Source: Epiperipatus broadwayi (Eukaryota; Animalia; Onychophora). Taken from it: 64,000 nt of DNA. Made by a program: the position numbers and the translations under genes. The notes below the pieces were generated by a model that searched no databases, was not told the DNA's origin, and was given only the letters and a program-made list of their open reading frames with translations. The stretch is from the NCBI GenBank assembly GCA_028023455.1, contig JAQFVV010000004.1, positions 3,410,001-3,474,000 on the forward strand. The letters run 5' to 3'. Shown in pieces: positions 12,788 to 24,700 of this stretch. How positions within the stretch are numbered: the stretch's first letter is position 1; every line of letters starts with the position of its first letter.

Positions 12788-12830
12788 CACCTGAAGAAGA
12801 GGGGAGAAAAATACCTCTCGAAACGTTGTG
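12788..12830 (+). ncRNA. Minimal type I hammerhead motif (mirror copy on - strand at ~12606-12648)
   Basis: cac-CTGAAGA-A-GAGGGG/agaaaaata/CCTCTC-GAAA-CGTT-gtg. Palindromic AACGTT at stem III; stem I is only 3 bp. Confidence 0.65.
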
Positions 12831-12978
12831 CATATACTAACCTGTTTGCTGTGATATTACTAACAGTTAGTGCATATACTAACCTGTTTGCTGTGATATT
12901 ATTAACATTTGTTTGCTGTGATATTACTAACAGTTGGTGCATATACTAACCTGTTTGCTGTGATATTACTAACAGTTG
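12828..12978 (+). repeat. 42-bp minisatellite, ~3.6 units, mirrored in the left arm (~12458-12608)
   Basis: Unit gtgcatatactaacctgtttgctgtgatattactaacagtt(a/g). One unit is partial. No spacers. Confidence 0.9.
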
Positions 12979-15444
12979 AATGCATTTGGAATATTTAACT
13001 AAAAATTAAACTTTTCTAAAGACATTCAACACACATATTAGATGATGGAAATAGTCCAATATAAAAATACAGCTAGAACACCATCATCACAAACCTTCAG
13101 AAAAACACTTTTTATTATTATTTTGGAAATATGTAATAATTATTGCATATTTTAGCAACATAGTTCCTATGCCAATTCATTAATGAATAAATGGTAAGTT
13201 AAAATAATCTTGTGGCTTTTTGACTTATTTCCAAAATAAATAGCGATACCTTATTTTGCTTTTTAATAAAACATATATATTTTATAACAGTTGTTTTAAA
13301 AATGTTTTTTTTATATATAAAAATAAAAATAATTATGAAATATTAGTATGTGTTCCTATGCCAGTTTTGATTCTTTTAGAGAGAGAATATGTAAAATCAT
13401 ATGTACAATTTGATATCTATCTCTAAAATTTGTTTTATTGGATTGAATAAGTCAATGGACATCCTTTTCTATTAATTAACTTTATTTTTATAATGCAAAC
13501 AAGTTAATGACATGAAAATTCAATCATTCCATGTTTTAAAACCAAACAATATTTTAATATGAGACTAGATCAAAAATTGTATATTTAAAATTTTTCAGTT
13601 ATAAATGATCTTTTTTGTCAAAACAATTCTATATAAATCATCATTTGACTTACTTCTTGACATAATATACATTAGTTACGAGTGATCTTACAAACTTTAA
13701 TATACAATCACTGAGTTAGGGATACTAGATAATACTGCAAACAGATTTCTATGACTAGTTTCTGAATGTTGGATTACTTCATAAAGAAATCTCTGTATGC
13801 ATGTAACTGCTATTCCATTGTCATGTTGGCTTTAAACCAGCTTAAAATTGTAGGTTATAAAAGTCAGAATTTTTGTTAAAAAAGTTTATATCTTCTGTAA
13901 AACTAAACTTCGTGTGACTTTCTTAATCCAAAGGGTACAGTAAAAATTTAAATGTATTCATTATTATATTGTTTTATTTAAAACTAAATACCCGGATTTT
14001 TATTTTGCAATTAAAGCAATATTTTTCCTTTTTTTAAACTTGCATAATAATGAGAATAGCATAATCAAAAGATAAACATCCCTCTATAGAGAAATAGAGG
14101 GATATAAACAATGGTCTCCAAGATAATATGGTGCTGTGTTGTAAGAAATTTTCTAGTTTTTTTTTTTTATTCTGTCATCTAATTGATACTAGAAATATCC
14201 TTTTACAAACCAAATTAACACCAGGCAATTTGCCTGAAAAAAAATCAAGATAATTTGGAAATTTCTAGCTATCTAAAAAATTTCAAGTTTTTACATAGAT
14301 TTAAAGCAGGATTAATAGACATATCAAGCAGATAAGCTTATCATTCTAGCAAAAAGTCTTTTATTAGCATATACATAATTGGGTATATTTATAAATTGTG
14401 ACTTTTAGAAACTGAACATACTATGAAATATGCTTTTATTTTTTAGTAGCAACAATACCTTGAAAAAATTGGGTAGAGTAATTATATTGATAACCTGGAG
14501 CCAAATTTTGATTCAATGTGTGTATTATGCATCTAAATTGAAGTATAAAACTTTATTTTCAAATTAAAAAATATTTATCACTAAAGTGAGTTAAAGATTT
14601 GAAATATTTATAGAAGTTAATATTTACTTTTTTAAAATTGCAAATAACAGATGTAATTTGCATTGATTATAAGTGATCTGTAGTAGAGTTCTCTGGAATG
14701 AATGTAATTGACTCCAGAAGAATATTTGCTAAACTATCATGTCATACTGAAAAATATATGTATTTGAGGGTGGCTTAATGAAAAGTTATCATCCAGAAAA
14801 TATTAAATTAATAAAAAAACAATATAAAATCAAAAATATAAATGTAAATATAGATATACAATTAACTTCCTGTATTTAACATTTTTAATCCTGTATTATA
14901 CAGGTAAATTTAAACAAAAATTGTAATTTTAAAATCATATATGTTAAATTAAATCTATTAATGCTATCTGCTTTTCATTAATTCATATTAGTAAGAGTTT
15001 ATATCTGCTCTCTGATATTTTGACATAAACTCCTTAAAGTGAAAATCTCCTATACATATTTTTATTTTATTTTTTCAAAAGACATTTCATATATAGCATT
15101 TTGATCTCTGTTAGTTTTAGCATTTTTTCTTAAATCCATTTTTCAAGTTTGTGACTAAAATTATTATGCAATATGTATGTAGATTAATTTTAAAAAATAA
15201 GTATAGTATTTTCACCATTAAAACTGCACAATCACTATTTTCTATGCTTATACAGGCGGTTAAAACAATAGCAAACACATCATATAGTAGGGATATCCAG
15301 GGCAAGCCTTAATAATCATTGTATAATTATTGAACTGGGTTCATATCTATATGACTATACAAATAAATTAGCTTAGATTGAAAATATTTTTATCTTGGGT
15401 TCATAGCTTTATAGTTAACTAGCTGTTGGAGGGTTACTTTAGAT

Positions 15445-17766
15445 CAGAAGTCCCCAACCTTTTTGCACTTAAGAGCACATTCTATAATAGTGGCCAGGTG
15501 GCAGGCACCATTTATTTTTTCAAAGTAAATTTATAGTTGGATATTGTTAATAATACACATAATGTACAAAAAATATTTATTTCAAAAATAAAATTTTAAC
15601 ATATAATTAACGTTTATATTTTTATGTAAAATTACTAAATTATATATAATATTATAAGTCAATGCAATCTTTGGCATCACACTTCATTAGCAATTGCTTC
15701 ATAATTAGAGGAGTATGATGACATTCCTGCTTGCAAGCTATCATCAAGATGTTCATCACTCAGTCGAGATCTGCATTTTAATTTTATGATATTCATGGTT
15801 GAAAACAATGATTCACACAAGTATGTGGAACCAAAAAACCTTTTATTTTGTATGATGCTCTTTTCAAGAATGGGAATTTATTTCTGTCAACTATATTCCA
15901 GAAGTTTTCGTCTGACACATTGGATTTTAGGACAATGTCATTCTGAAAATCCAAAATTTCTAACTCCAGTTCTTATGCCCTAACTTGAACAAGCTCTGCA
16001 ATTTGTGCAGCTATTTCGGTTACATTTACTTGGCAAGTAAACGGATTGACAAAAAAGGTGACCATTGGCTCAATGATATCAAACTGTTGAAATTGTTTTT
16101 CAAACTGGTTTTGAAGTAACTGAAGACTGATAACAAATGATGAAAAGTCAATTTCACCATCACCTATCAATTTTTCCATATTTGGAAAATGTACAAGTTT
16201 CTTCATTTGCAGATGTGATATCCACAAAACCAGTTTGGCTCTAAATGACTTTACATATCCTATAATGTTAGATATATGTAAGTTTCCCCCCTGCAGCTGT
16301 AAGTTTGAATGATTCAATCTTTCCATTATATCTGTGATGAAACCCAAATCCACAAGCCAGGAAGAGTTCGTTAATTCGACAAAATTTTGATTTTTAGAAC
16401 TGAGATAATTTTTTATTTCTTCAATTAAATTGACAAATCTTGAAAGAGTTTTACCCTTACTAAGCCAACATACTTCACTATGAAGTACAACATCTGGTTC
16501 TTCAGAATTTTCCAATAGGTCTTTTAAAAGGCAGTGTTGTAAAGGGGCTGCTTATATAATGTTCACTATTATAGTAACTACTTTTATGACATGTCCAAAA
16601 GGGATAATCCTACCACACAAAACTTCCTGATGGATAATGCAATGGTAAGACATAAAGTTAGGAAATGATTTGTCTTTCTTGCAGTGGGCAATAAATCCAC
16701 TGACATTACCAGCCATTGCTGATGCTCCATCAGTAATTATAACTGACAGTTTGTGCAAAGGCATATCTATCGATTTTGCGTATGTTAAAAATATTTTGTA
16801 AATATCCTCGCCTGTTGTTCGTCCTTTCATTGGTAATATTTTTAGTAATTCTTGTTTTACACTAAAATTGCTAAATATCATTCTCACCATAACTGCTAAC
16901 TGTGCTGTGTCTGTTATGTCTGTAGACTCATCAAATTGTAGTGAGAACCATTCACATATCTCCAAATCACTCTTTAACTGAATTGCAAGTCTTTTGAAAT
17001 GTTGTGTATTCTTCTTGTGATGGTGTTATCAGACAACTGTAAGTCTTATATTGCTGACATAATCCCATGTTTGTTGGAAAATCCCTCAAATAAGCAATCA
17101 ACTGACTTTTGGGCAGACAGGTTCGATTTTAGTTGAGATATTTTCTTCTTTCTTAATTCTGATTAAAGTGGATAGCTAGTATTAAAAGTGGAATGGGTTG
17201 TCTGGAAGTGACATTCAATATTATGTTTTTTTGCTACTGCAACACTACTGCCGCACAACAAACAAACACATTTATCTTTAATACAGATGAAACAATGTGA
17301 TTCTTCCCAGTCAGTATTAAAATTATAGGTTCTTTGTCTTTTACTCATTTTAGGGTTAGAATTTTTGAAATTTTATCTTTGAAAATAAAGAGTAATTCAA
17401 TTTATTCTGAATATGATTCCGACTTAGTATTTCTCAAAATGGCAAACTTGTATGTGCAGATACAATTTATAAACATGCGCAAAGCAGAGATTGGTGTCTG
17501 TGTTAACTTTACTTATTCTGTGCTAGTTCAGTGCACAGAGAAAGCCCACACTTGGCAGACCAAGAGATAGACTCTTTTACATGGTAAAAGCATAGTATGC
17601 CCTACAATTTGATTACAATATAATACAATAATTTATAAGAAATTTTTAAAATTAAATTTATTTGTATCAGATAAATAATTTTTTATCACATTCGGATAAT
17701 GGTGGGCACATGTAAAATGGTCTGCTGGTTCCATGGTGCCCATGGGCATAGGGTTGGGGACCCCTG
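15445..17766 (-). mobile_element. Full-length, defective hAT DNA transposon (Buster/SPIN/Charlie-like)
   Basis: TIRs CAGAAGTCCCCAACC / CAGGGGTCCCCAACC. Perfect 8-bp TSD ctttagat (15437-44, 17767-74). Internal transposase fragments. Confidence 0.95.
15659..17348 (-). pseudogene. Fragmented hAT transposase (GTF2IRD2/SPIN-like)
   Basis: N-terminal C-x2-C...H zinc-finger (CVCLLC...HNIECHF); FSLQFDESTDITDTAQL; IITDGASAM; CIIHQE (CxxH); WLSKGKTL; C-terminal FGSTYLCESLFSTMNIIK..RSRLSDEHL. Several frameshifts and stops. Confidence 0.92.
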
Positions 17767-17774
17767 CTTTAGAT

Positions 17775-17946
17775 CCATAGATGTAGATGCAATGCTCTCA
17801 TATTTAAGACTCCTCACTGCTGAAAGCCACAAGCTAGAAACTAGTCTGGTTCTGGGGATATTGGATTAGTAGACACTAAGATAGAGGTTGCATCCATTGA
17901 TTATTAAGGCTTGCACTAGGTGGCAATACTGTATTAAGAGTTTGCT
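17775..17946 (+). mobile_element. Solo hammerhead-bearing PLE-like copy, family B (degenerate)
   Basis: ctcctcactgctgaaagccacaagctagaaactagtctgg...gtattaagagtttgct is collinear with 55590-55773. Confidence 0.7.
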
Positions 17947-18279
17947 ACCATTTTTACCATTAATAATGCAAATAATCAAATACAAAAACTAAAGCAGTAA
18001 AAAAATATACTCTTTGAATGTTAAGTCACACTTTGGTATTAATCCTTATATTTGTGCTTGTTGATTTATCCATTTTATATTCAACATTACAGCAGGAATT
18101 GTTTACTTTACATTAGCAACTTTACATTAGAAAAGCATAACAGTAAACTTTTTTTTTATAATAATTTTGTTGTTTTAATATATTTTTATTATTTCTAATG
18201 ATTGTCTTAGTAACAGTTATGCTAAAAAATAATCCTATTTGTCCATAAAATTTATTTCAACTTATATATAATTGTACAG

Positions 18280-18396
18280 GGTTTTTTTTTCCCCATATGT
18301 CATAGTATCGGCCGGGTCGCGAACCCACAACCGTCTGCAACCAACTACTTGCTTGCAAGGCAGCTGCGATGACCTCTCGGCTAACAACGCTTGACA
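18280..18396 (-). mobile_element. tRNA-Gly-derived SINE
   Basis: Family match, poly-T on + strand, 10-bp TSD aattgtacag (18270-79, 18397-406). Confidence 0.88.
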
Positions 18397-19162
18397 AATT
18401 GTACAGTTTAAACTTTGATTCAATCACAATGAATATTTATCCTTCAAAGAACTTTATTTGGCTATAAATAAAAAGGTTACATGCTTTCATTTGGACCACC
18501 TGTGGCAATACAGAAAAACTAGGCTATGCATACTTAAAACTGTACAAATTAAGTTACAGATAATGAAAGTGCTACAGGTGGTTTACAAAGATCATTATTT
18601 TCATATGCACAATGAATATTTAATATTATTACTTTAAAATACATTTGTTTATCGTGGATAGTTTTAATATATTCTAACATTGCAATTTATAAAGTTTATA
18701 TATTTCATTTTTATATTTATTTAAAACATATAATTATTGAAAAAATAAATTTAATATCTCATATAATTGACAAGACAGTTTGTAGCAATGTCAAGATTGG
18801 AAGGCTTTGGTAAATTATATTGAATAATTAAGGTTTATAAAATGTATTTGTTGTGTGACTTGGTAATCATTGTTCAATTCATAATGTAGCCAAATTACTT
18901 GTACATTGTGCAAACTGTATGTTATGTGGGACTGCCTAAACAAGACTTGATTTAGTAAAAAATCCTTCATGGTATTTTTTTTTAATATTGTTTTTCTTGC
19001 ATATATATTGATATCTAAATAATAATGTTTTGTCAAAAATAGTTTTAGTTTATGCATAATGCCAATATAAGATGGCCCTTTCTTATCTTTTCAAAAGATT
19101 TTATCTTGTGCTTTGGATTGAGAATATTTCATTTACTTGATAAACCATTGTTGGAATGTTAA

Positions 19163-19356
19163 TATATTAATATTAAAAGTTTTTAACACGGATGAACCCG
19201 CAAAATATGTATTTTATATATTTAACCCGTGCAAATCTTCATTTTAACATATATATATACTCTGTGGATGGCTTGTGTGACCAAGTTGAAACGTCAGTAT
19301 ATTAATATTAAAAGTTTTTAACACGGATGAACCCGCAAAATATGTATTTTATATAT
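19163..19356 (+). mobile_element. PLE-like partial tandem: hammerhead between two identical 59-bp direct repeats
   Basis: 19163-19221 is identical to 19298-19356. The hammerhead cleavage site lies just before the second copy. Confidence 0.7.
19257..19300 (+). ncRNA. Minimal type I hammerhead motif (A6 mutated)
   Basis: atact-CTGTGGA-T-GGCTTG/tgtgac/CAAGTT-GAAAC-GTC-agtat. 5-bp stem I and GUC triplet. Confidence 0.6.
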
Positions 19357-19575
19357 ATTCCAAATAATGGTAAGTGACTTATAATATAAATAAAAAAATC
19401 ATAGAGAAATATTTTTGATTATATTCATAATCATTATCAACTCGATTCAAATTTCAAAATGAAATCATCTACTACTAACCAGAAACATGTGTCGAAATTA
19501 TGAATATAATTGAAAATATTTCTCTATGATTTTTTTATTTATATATTATAAGTCGTTTACCATTATTTGGAATAT
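19355..19575. repeat. ~78-bp-arm imperfect inverted repeat
   Basis: Arms at 19355-19431 and 19497-19575. Confidence 0.8.
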
Positions 19576-20262
19576 ACTTAAGTTTTGTTATTGTATTATT
19601 AATATTAACAGACATTTTAGTTTGTTTTATATATATATATATTAATATTTCACCAAAATATTAAGGAAAAACTTACTCAAGTTGTGTAAACCCATAAAAT
19701 TATGGTATTTTAAGTTTATTAATTTATTTAGTTATTGTGTAAAACTAAACTTATATATGTATGTATAGGTTAATTAAATATACTAATTATTGTTTAATAT
19801 TGATAGCTTACTGTAAAAAAAAGAAGGTTTCAAAGGAATGGAAAATTTTTTTTTTGGTTACATAAATTCTAAAAATTCTTTTCTTTATTAAATTTTTTTT
19901 AAAAAAAATATATTCCTATTTTTTTAAATTAAATAAAAGAGAAAAAAAAAAATATGTACATCAAAGAACAACCTGCCATTTTGATTCTTGAACATCACAT
20001 GACCTACAGCATAACTAACCATTTAACTATTAATTCTTTATAGACTTATGTCAAATATTTAATTACATAAATATGCTAAACAACCATTCTATCTCAAAAT
20101 ATTGTGATAATTATGATGCATGCAATTTTAAAAATGTTAATTGTTTAATTAATTTTTATTTACAATTAAAATAAAAATGATAAACAATCACTAATGGTAA
20201 TCAAGTATTTCATTATTGTTTAAACAGTGTGTTTTGTCTTTGAAAAAAAATCAGAATTATTA

Positions 20263-20375
20263 TTTTTTTTCATATGTCATAGCATCGGCTGGAGGCGAAT
20301 CTGCAATAACCGTCTGCAACCAAGTGTTTGCTTGCAAGGCAGCTGCGCTGACCTCTCAGCTGACAACGCTTGACA
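20263..20375 (-). mobile_element. tRNA-Gly-derived SINE
   Basis: Family match, 16-bp TSD aaaatcagaattatta (20247-62, 20376-91). Confidence 0.9.
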
Positions 20376-21248
20376 AAAATCAGAATTATTAAACTTACTT
20401 TTCGATAGATCATTTAATAAACATTTACACATGTCATTATTTATTTTTCCTATTATAAAATATCTGATTTAAATATAGTAGAACTTAGATTATTCATTAT
20501 ACTATTTACTGTTAATATTTGTTAACTATAAAGTATTCTTGATATTAGCACCTTATAATCTTCCATATTTGTTTATATTACTGCATAGATTTATCTCAAT
20601 CTTTTGTTTAACAGATCAGTAATCAAAGAATTAAAAATGAACGCATATGATGAAGATATTTATACAATGAGTCTTTTTATGGCTCATCAAAAAATAAATA
20701 ATAATTAAAGTTTAATTAAATTTTATCAGATTATATACTGTTTTTTTTATTCTTTCCTATTTAAATTTTTACTGAAATAATTAATTTGCTAATTAATGAA
20801 AAAATATCTTCATATGATAAAAAGCAACAGTAATCACTATTTCATCATAAAAAATAATCAAATAATTTGCTACTTGGGACTTCAGATGAAAAATGATACG
20901 AAGTTTGAACAGTGAAATAACGGAAGTGAACTGCACTCTATGAATCTTCAGCTTTACAATCTCTATAATACTAGAATTAAATTTTAACTAAAAAAAAAAT
21001 ATTTACTGATTAATAAGATTATCCAGTCAAAAATTTTTCATGATTCATGCCTAATATGGATTAATAGAAAAGTAGTTTATGTCTCAAAAAAAATAATGGG
21101 TGTCCTTGGATTCTTAGCTAAGTAGAATAATTCTTGTGTTTATCAACTGAATGGTATCTGTTGTGCTCAGGTAATCATTTGATACAGCTTGTGTAAATAT
21201 ATATATAATATAAGGGAAATTAACTATTATCTACAGTCTTTTAAATCT

Positions 21249-21290
21249 GCAAAAGTATTTTCGGTTAATTCCTTAACCCTCCTCAACTGC
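21249..21290 (-). ncRNA. Family A hammerhead motif with intact GAAA
   Basis: Reverse complement: gcag-TTGAGGA-G-GGTTAA/ggaa/TTAACC-GAAA-ATAC-TT-ttgc. Confidence 0.6.
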
Positions 21291-21635
21291 TGTTAAATTC
21301 AAAAAACATAATGGAAGCAAGTGTCATCAACTCAAATCCCGTGAATCTCGAATTTTAATGTTAGCAGCTTGTCTATTAATTATATTCATTTTATTTCTAT
21401 TTATTAAAATTGCCTTTTTATTATTTTTTTTATTATGATTTCTCTCTTCATGAAGACGAATCTTAATTCATTCAATATCAAACTTAAATTTATATTTACA
21501 TGTCCTTTCATGATCCATAAAAACTGAAGCAGTCATTAAATCATTATCATTTTTGCTTTTCACATGCTTATATAACAATTCATGCTCCTTTAATCTTTTT
21601 TCATTACTATATGTTGATTCAGTTTTCTTGGATTA

Positions 21636-21775
21636 TGAAAGGACATGTAAATATAAATTTAAGTTTGATATTGAAAGTGTGAAGATTCTTCATGAAGAGA
21701 CAAATCATAATAAAAGAAAAATTAAGGAGGCAATTTTAATAAATAGAAATAAAATAAATATAATTAATAGACAAG
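21636..21775 (+). pseudogene. PLE GIY-YIG endonuclease C-terminal fragment
   Basis: FD..V.IL..E.N..KR.I.EA.LI...N pattern typical of the Penelope endonuclease (conserved R, E, N). Part of track ORF 21553..21810. Confidence 0.75.
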
Positions 21776-22059
21776 CTGCTACATTAAAATTCGGGATTCA
21801 TGGGATTTGAGTTGATGATATTTGCTTCCATTAGGTGTTTTTTAGTTTAATGGCAGTTGAGGAAGGTTAAGAAATTAACCAAAAGTACTTCTGTAGACTG
21901 AAAAGACTGCATATAATAGTTAATTACCATTATATTTTTTTTTATTGTTATTACAATAGTTTTTTAATTAATGGACATTTTATTAATATTATATATATAT
22001 AATTGATGGCAATCCCATTTTTAATATTTTTTAATCTTTCATATTTAAAATTATAAGAT

Positions 22060-22472
22060 CAATTTAAATCAACTATGACATTTAAAACTATAATAATAAA
22101 ATTAAAAAAAACTAGAGACTTTAGATCAGATGTCATGTTATGGAGAGAATATATATTAAGAACAACTAAAAGGAATTCAAAGACAAAGACAATGATGAGA
22201 AAAAAATAAGTATTACTGATTCCACTGAGAGAATTAAATGTCATACTTGAAGCTGGTGGAATATGTTGGTAGAAAGGCTAATAATAAATAATATAATTTA
22301 TGTCTTAAACTGATTTCCAAGAGACTGTAAAAGATCTAGAAAGAGACCATGTATTAGATATGATAGAAGAAAGTTTACTGGATTCATATGCAAATAAGAA
22401 CTTATGAATCAGAAATTTAATTAATCTTGGTGAGACCATACTGCAGTGGCTAAATAATGATTAAGAATGATG
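22060..22472 (+). mobile_element. Old, degenerate 3' fragment of the RTE LINE family
   Basis: ttaaactgatttccaagagactgtaaaagatctagaaagagacc...cttggtgagacc..ctgcagtgg aligns with 25610-25770. Confidence 0.7.
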
Positions 22473-22642
22473 CAGGTTACAAATAAAATAAACAATACTC
22501 TCACATTATTAATTAAGATTAGTGATAATTATTAGCATAAGACATTATTGACAAGCATTAAATATTAAGAATAAAGTACTGATCACACAAAAATTAACAA
22601 GAAAAAACAACATAAAAACATTTTAGGAATTTGCAGTAAAAG

Positions 22643-23105
22643 TTTGGTCCTGATTTAGTTTGTGCTCACAGCCATTTTGAAATCTAAAAACCACCAGAGA
22701 CATCCAACTGATAAATGACATAAATATTGAATAAAAAATACTTTAAATTCAAATTTTAGAAATTATAAGCTAATAAAAATGTTTTATTTTATTAAGGGTT
22801 TTTTTTTAATTAACCTTCATAAAATATTTGAAATATGATGGTGCAATGTACCAGAATTTGTGGGGAGGGTGAATGATGGTTTGGTCAATATGAAATATTG
22901 TCCAAAAGTTGCAGAAGTCTGATCAAATCAAGCTTATAATATGCCCATATGAAACATTTTTACTAGCTTATAATTTCTAAAATATGAATTTTAAATATTT
23001 TTATTCAATATTTATGTTATTTATCGGTTGGATATGTCAGCTGTGCTTTTGGCTAGTCTTTAGATTTCAAAATGTCCGTGAGCTCAAACTAAATCGGCAT
23101 CCAAA
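22643..23105. repeat. Unclassified long-TIR foldback (MITE-like), ~145-bp arms
   Basis: 22643-22784 versus 22952-23105, imperfect reverse complement. No TSD seen. Confidence 0.6.
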
Positions 23106-23559
23106 ATTCTATTAATGTTCATAAAAAATAAAATGATTGACAGGAAAATACTTCAATTAGGTTGTTTAATTATTCAGTTAATAATATATATATTAATATA
23201 AGTCAATAATAAAGATATATCAGAAACAATGTATATGATAATACAAAAATAGTATGTAGTATAATTGTCACAATAAAGTATTATCAACAAATCATAAAAA
23301 TTGCCAAATTTAATGAGAGTACTAATTTGTTGGAGTTTTTTTTATAGATAGAAATAACTAATGTATTGCTATCAATAATGATTTTTTTATCAATCTATTT
23401 TCATGTAATGTATTTACTCAAAGATCCATTTATATATATATACACACACACGCACGTAAAAATATTTGTATATTATCTTGATGATTTAAGTAAATGACTC
23501 GAGCGAATACGAGCACTCACACACACTCGCATATATCAGTGATTATATTGATAAATTAT

Positions 23560-24700
23560 CAAACCAGCTATAAAATGTTTTTATAATCGTTTTCTAGTCC
23601 ATTATCCATATAAATCTCTTTTTAGAGAGTTGAAAAACAATTCTGAAATTCATGAATACATCAAACACATTAAACCACATAATAATACACACATCAAAAC
23701 CCAACAATTCAGGACAGTGTACCCAGATGGGTCCTTCATGAAATAGGTACACCAGTTTTAAAGTACAGCCAACCAAGATAAATTGCGCTCCGCTCCAAAC
23801 CAATGAGAAAATGTAATTTTAGCAGACATGGTGCATCCTATTGCGGCGCTTTTGCAAAGAAAAGCCCAAACATCACAGCATCAAATTGAATCATATAAAG
23901 AAGGCTATAAAGTGTTTTAACATGCATAGAACAATTACCGAGCTCACCTGCTCCCTCTGAGTCAAGAATGGAGCTATTGATCTACTTTAAAATGGGGGAG
24001 CAAAGCATGCAAAGTGATGTGCTAAAATTAAAAAATGTTCAGTAAATAGTAATATTTACTTTTAATATGACCCTTACTATAAAGGTTATCTCTCCATTAA
24101 ACTATAACACCCGAAATCAGCAGGTTATCCTTCGAACCCCCTTGATATCCCTTCTGGTTTCTTTGGCATCCCTGTGCAATGAAGGGATTAATTAGTTTGT
24201 TCCTTGCATTAGGAAAATAGCTTGCAACAAGTTAATGACTGTGTGGAATAATGGGTTAGCCATGCATTAGTAATGAGTACACAAAACCATCACTCAATAC
24301 AAAGTGACTTCCAATGACTTGGGTATTAATCCAACAATTTCCTTTTTGCTAAATGAGGAATTATAGCAACAAAGAGCTTGTTAGGAACAGCTCTTCACTT
24401 GTCAAACACCTTCTGATGACCAAACTAGAGAGAGGGGTTTATAAAATTCAAATCTTAAAGTAGGCTATAAAAGTGCTCAATTTTAAAAAGATATTCTCCA
24501 GAAGTAAGCACAATTAATAAGTAAAGTCTTCTTATTTATAGCTTGGAAAAAAAATAACTCAGACCCGGTCTAATACCAGCAGCAATATTTTAAATGCGAG
24601 CCAGATTGTGAGAACACTTTTCACCACAGCAGCACAATACAAATTTACTTTTCATAAAGTGCTCCAGGTTTTAATAAGCAGCGATAAACTGAATTGGGAT
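23560..24700 (-). pseudogene. Possible heavily decayed non-LTR (L2/Rex1-like) C-terminal region
   Basis: Raised GC. The - strand gives KVNLYCAAVVKSVLTIW and SYFPNARNKLIN, resembling L2/Rex1 post-RT motifs. Many stops. Confidence 0.28.

Larger units (their letters stand above)
12363..13102. mobile_element. Head-to-head PLE-type insertion: 341-bp arms, 29-nt spacer, 29-nt extra tail, 17-bp TSD
   Basis: Arms at 12363-12703 and 12733-13073, one mismatch seen (12604). TSD aaacactttttattatt at 12346-62 and 13103-19. Hammerhead motif in each arm. Confidence 0.85.
21219..21932. mobile_element. Head-to-head Penelope-like element pair, family A, with GIY-YIG C-terminus and hammerhead in each arm
   Basis: ~310-bp arms (21219-21528, 21618-21932). 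The + arm encodes KFKFDIESVKILHEETNHNKRKIKEAILINRNK...IN, followed by the hammerhead motif. Confidence 0.85.

Noticed and set aside
12458-12978. CRISPR-like array
   Set aside because: The 42-bp units are contiguous with no unique spacers, the context is eukaryotic and there are no cas genes.
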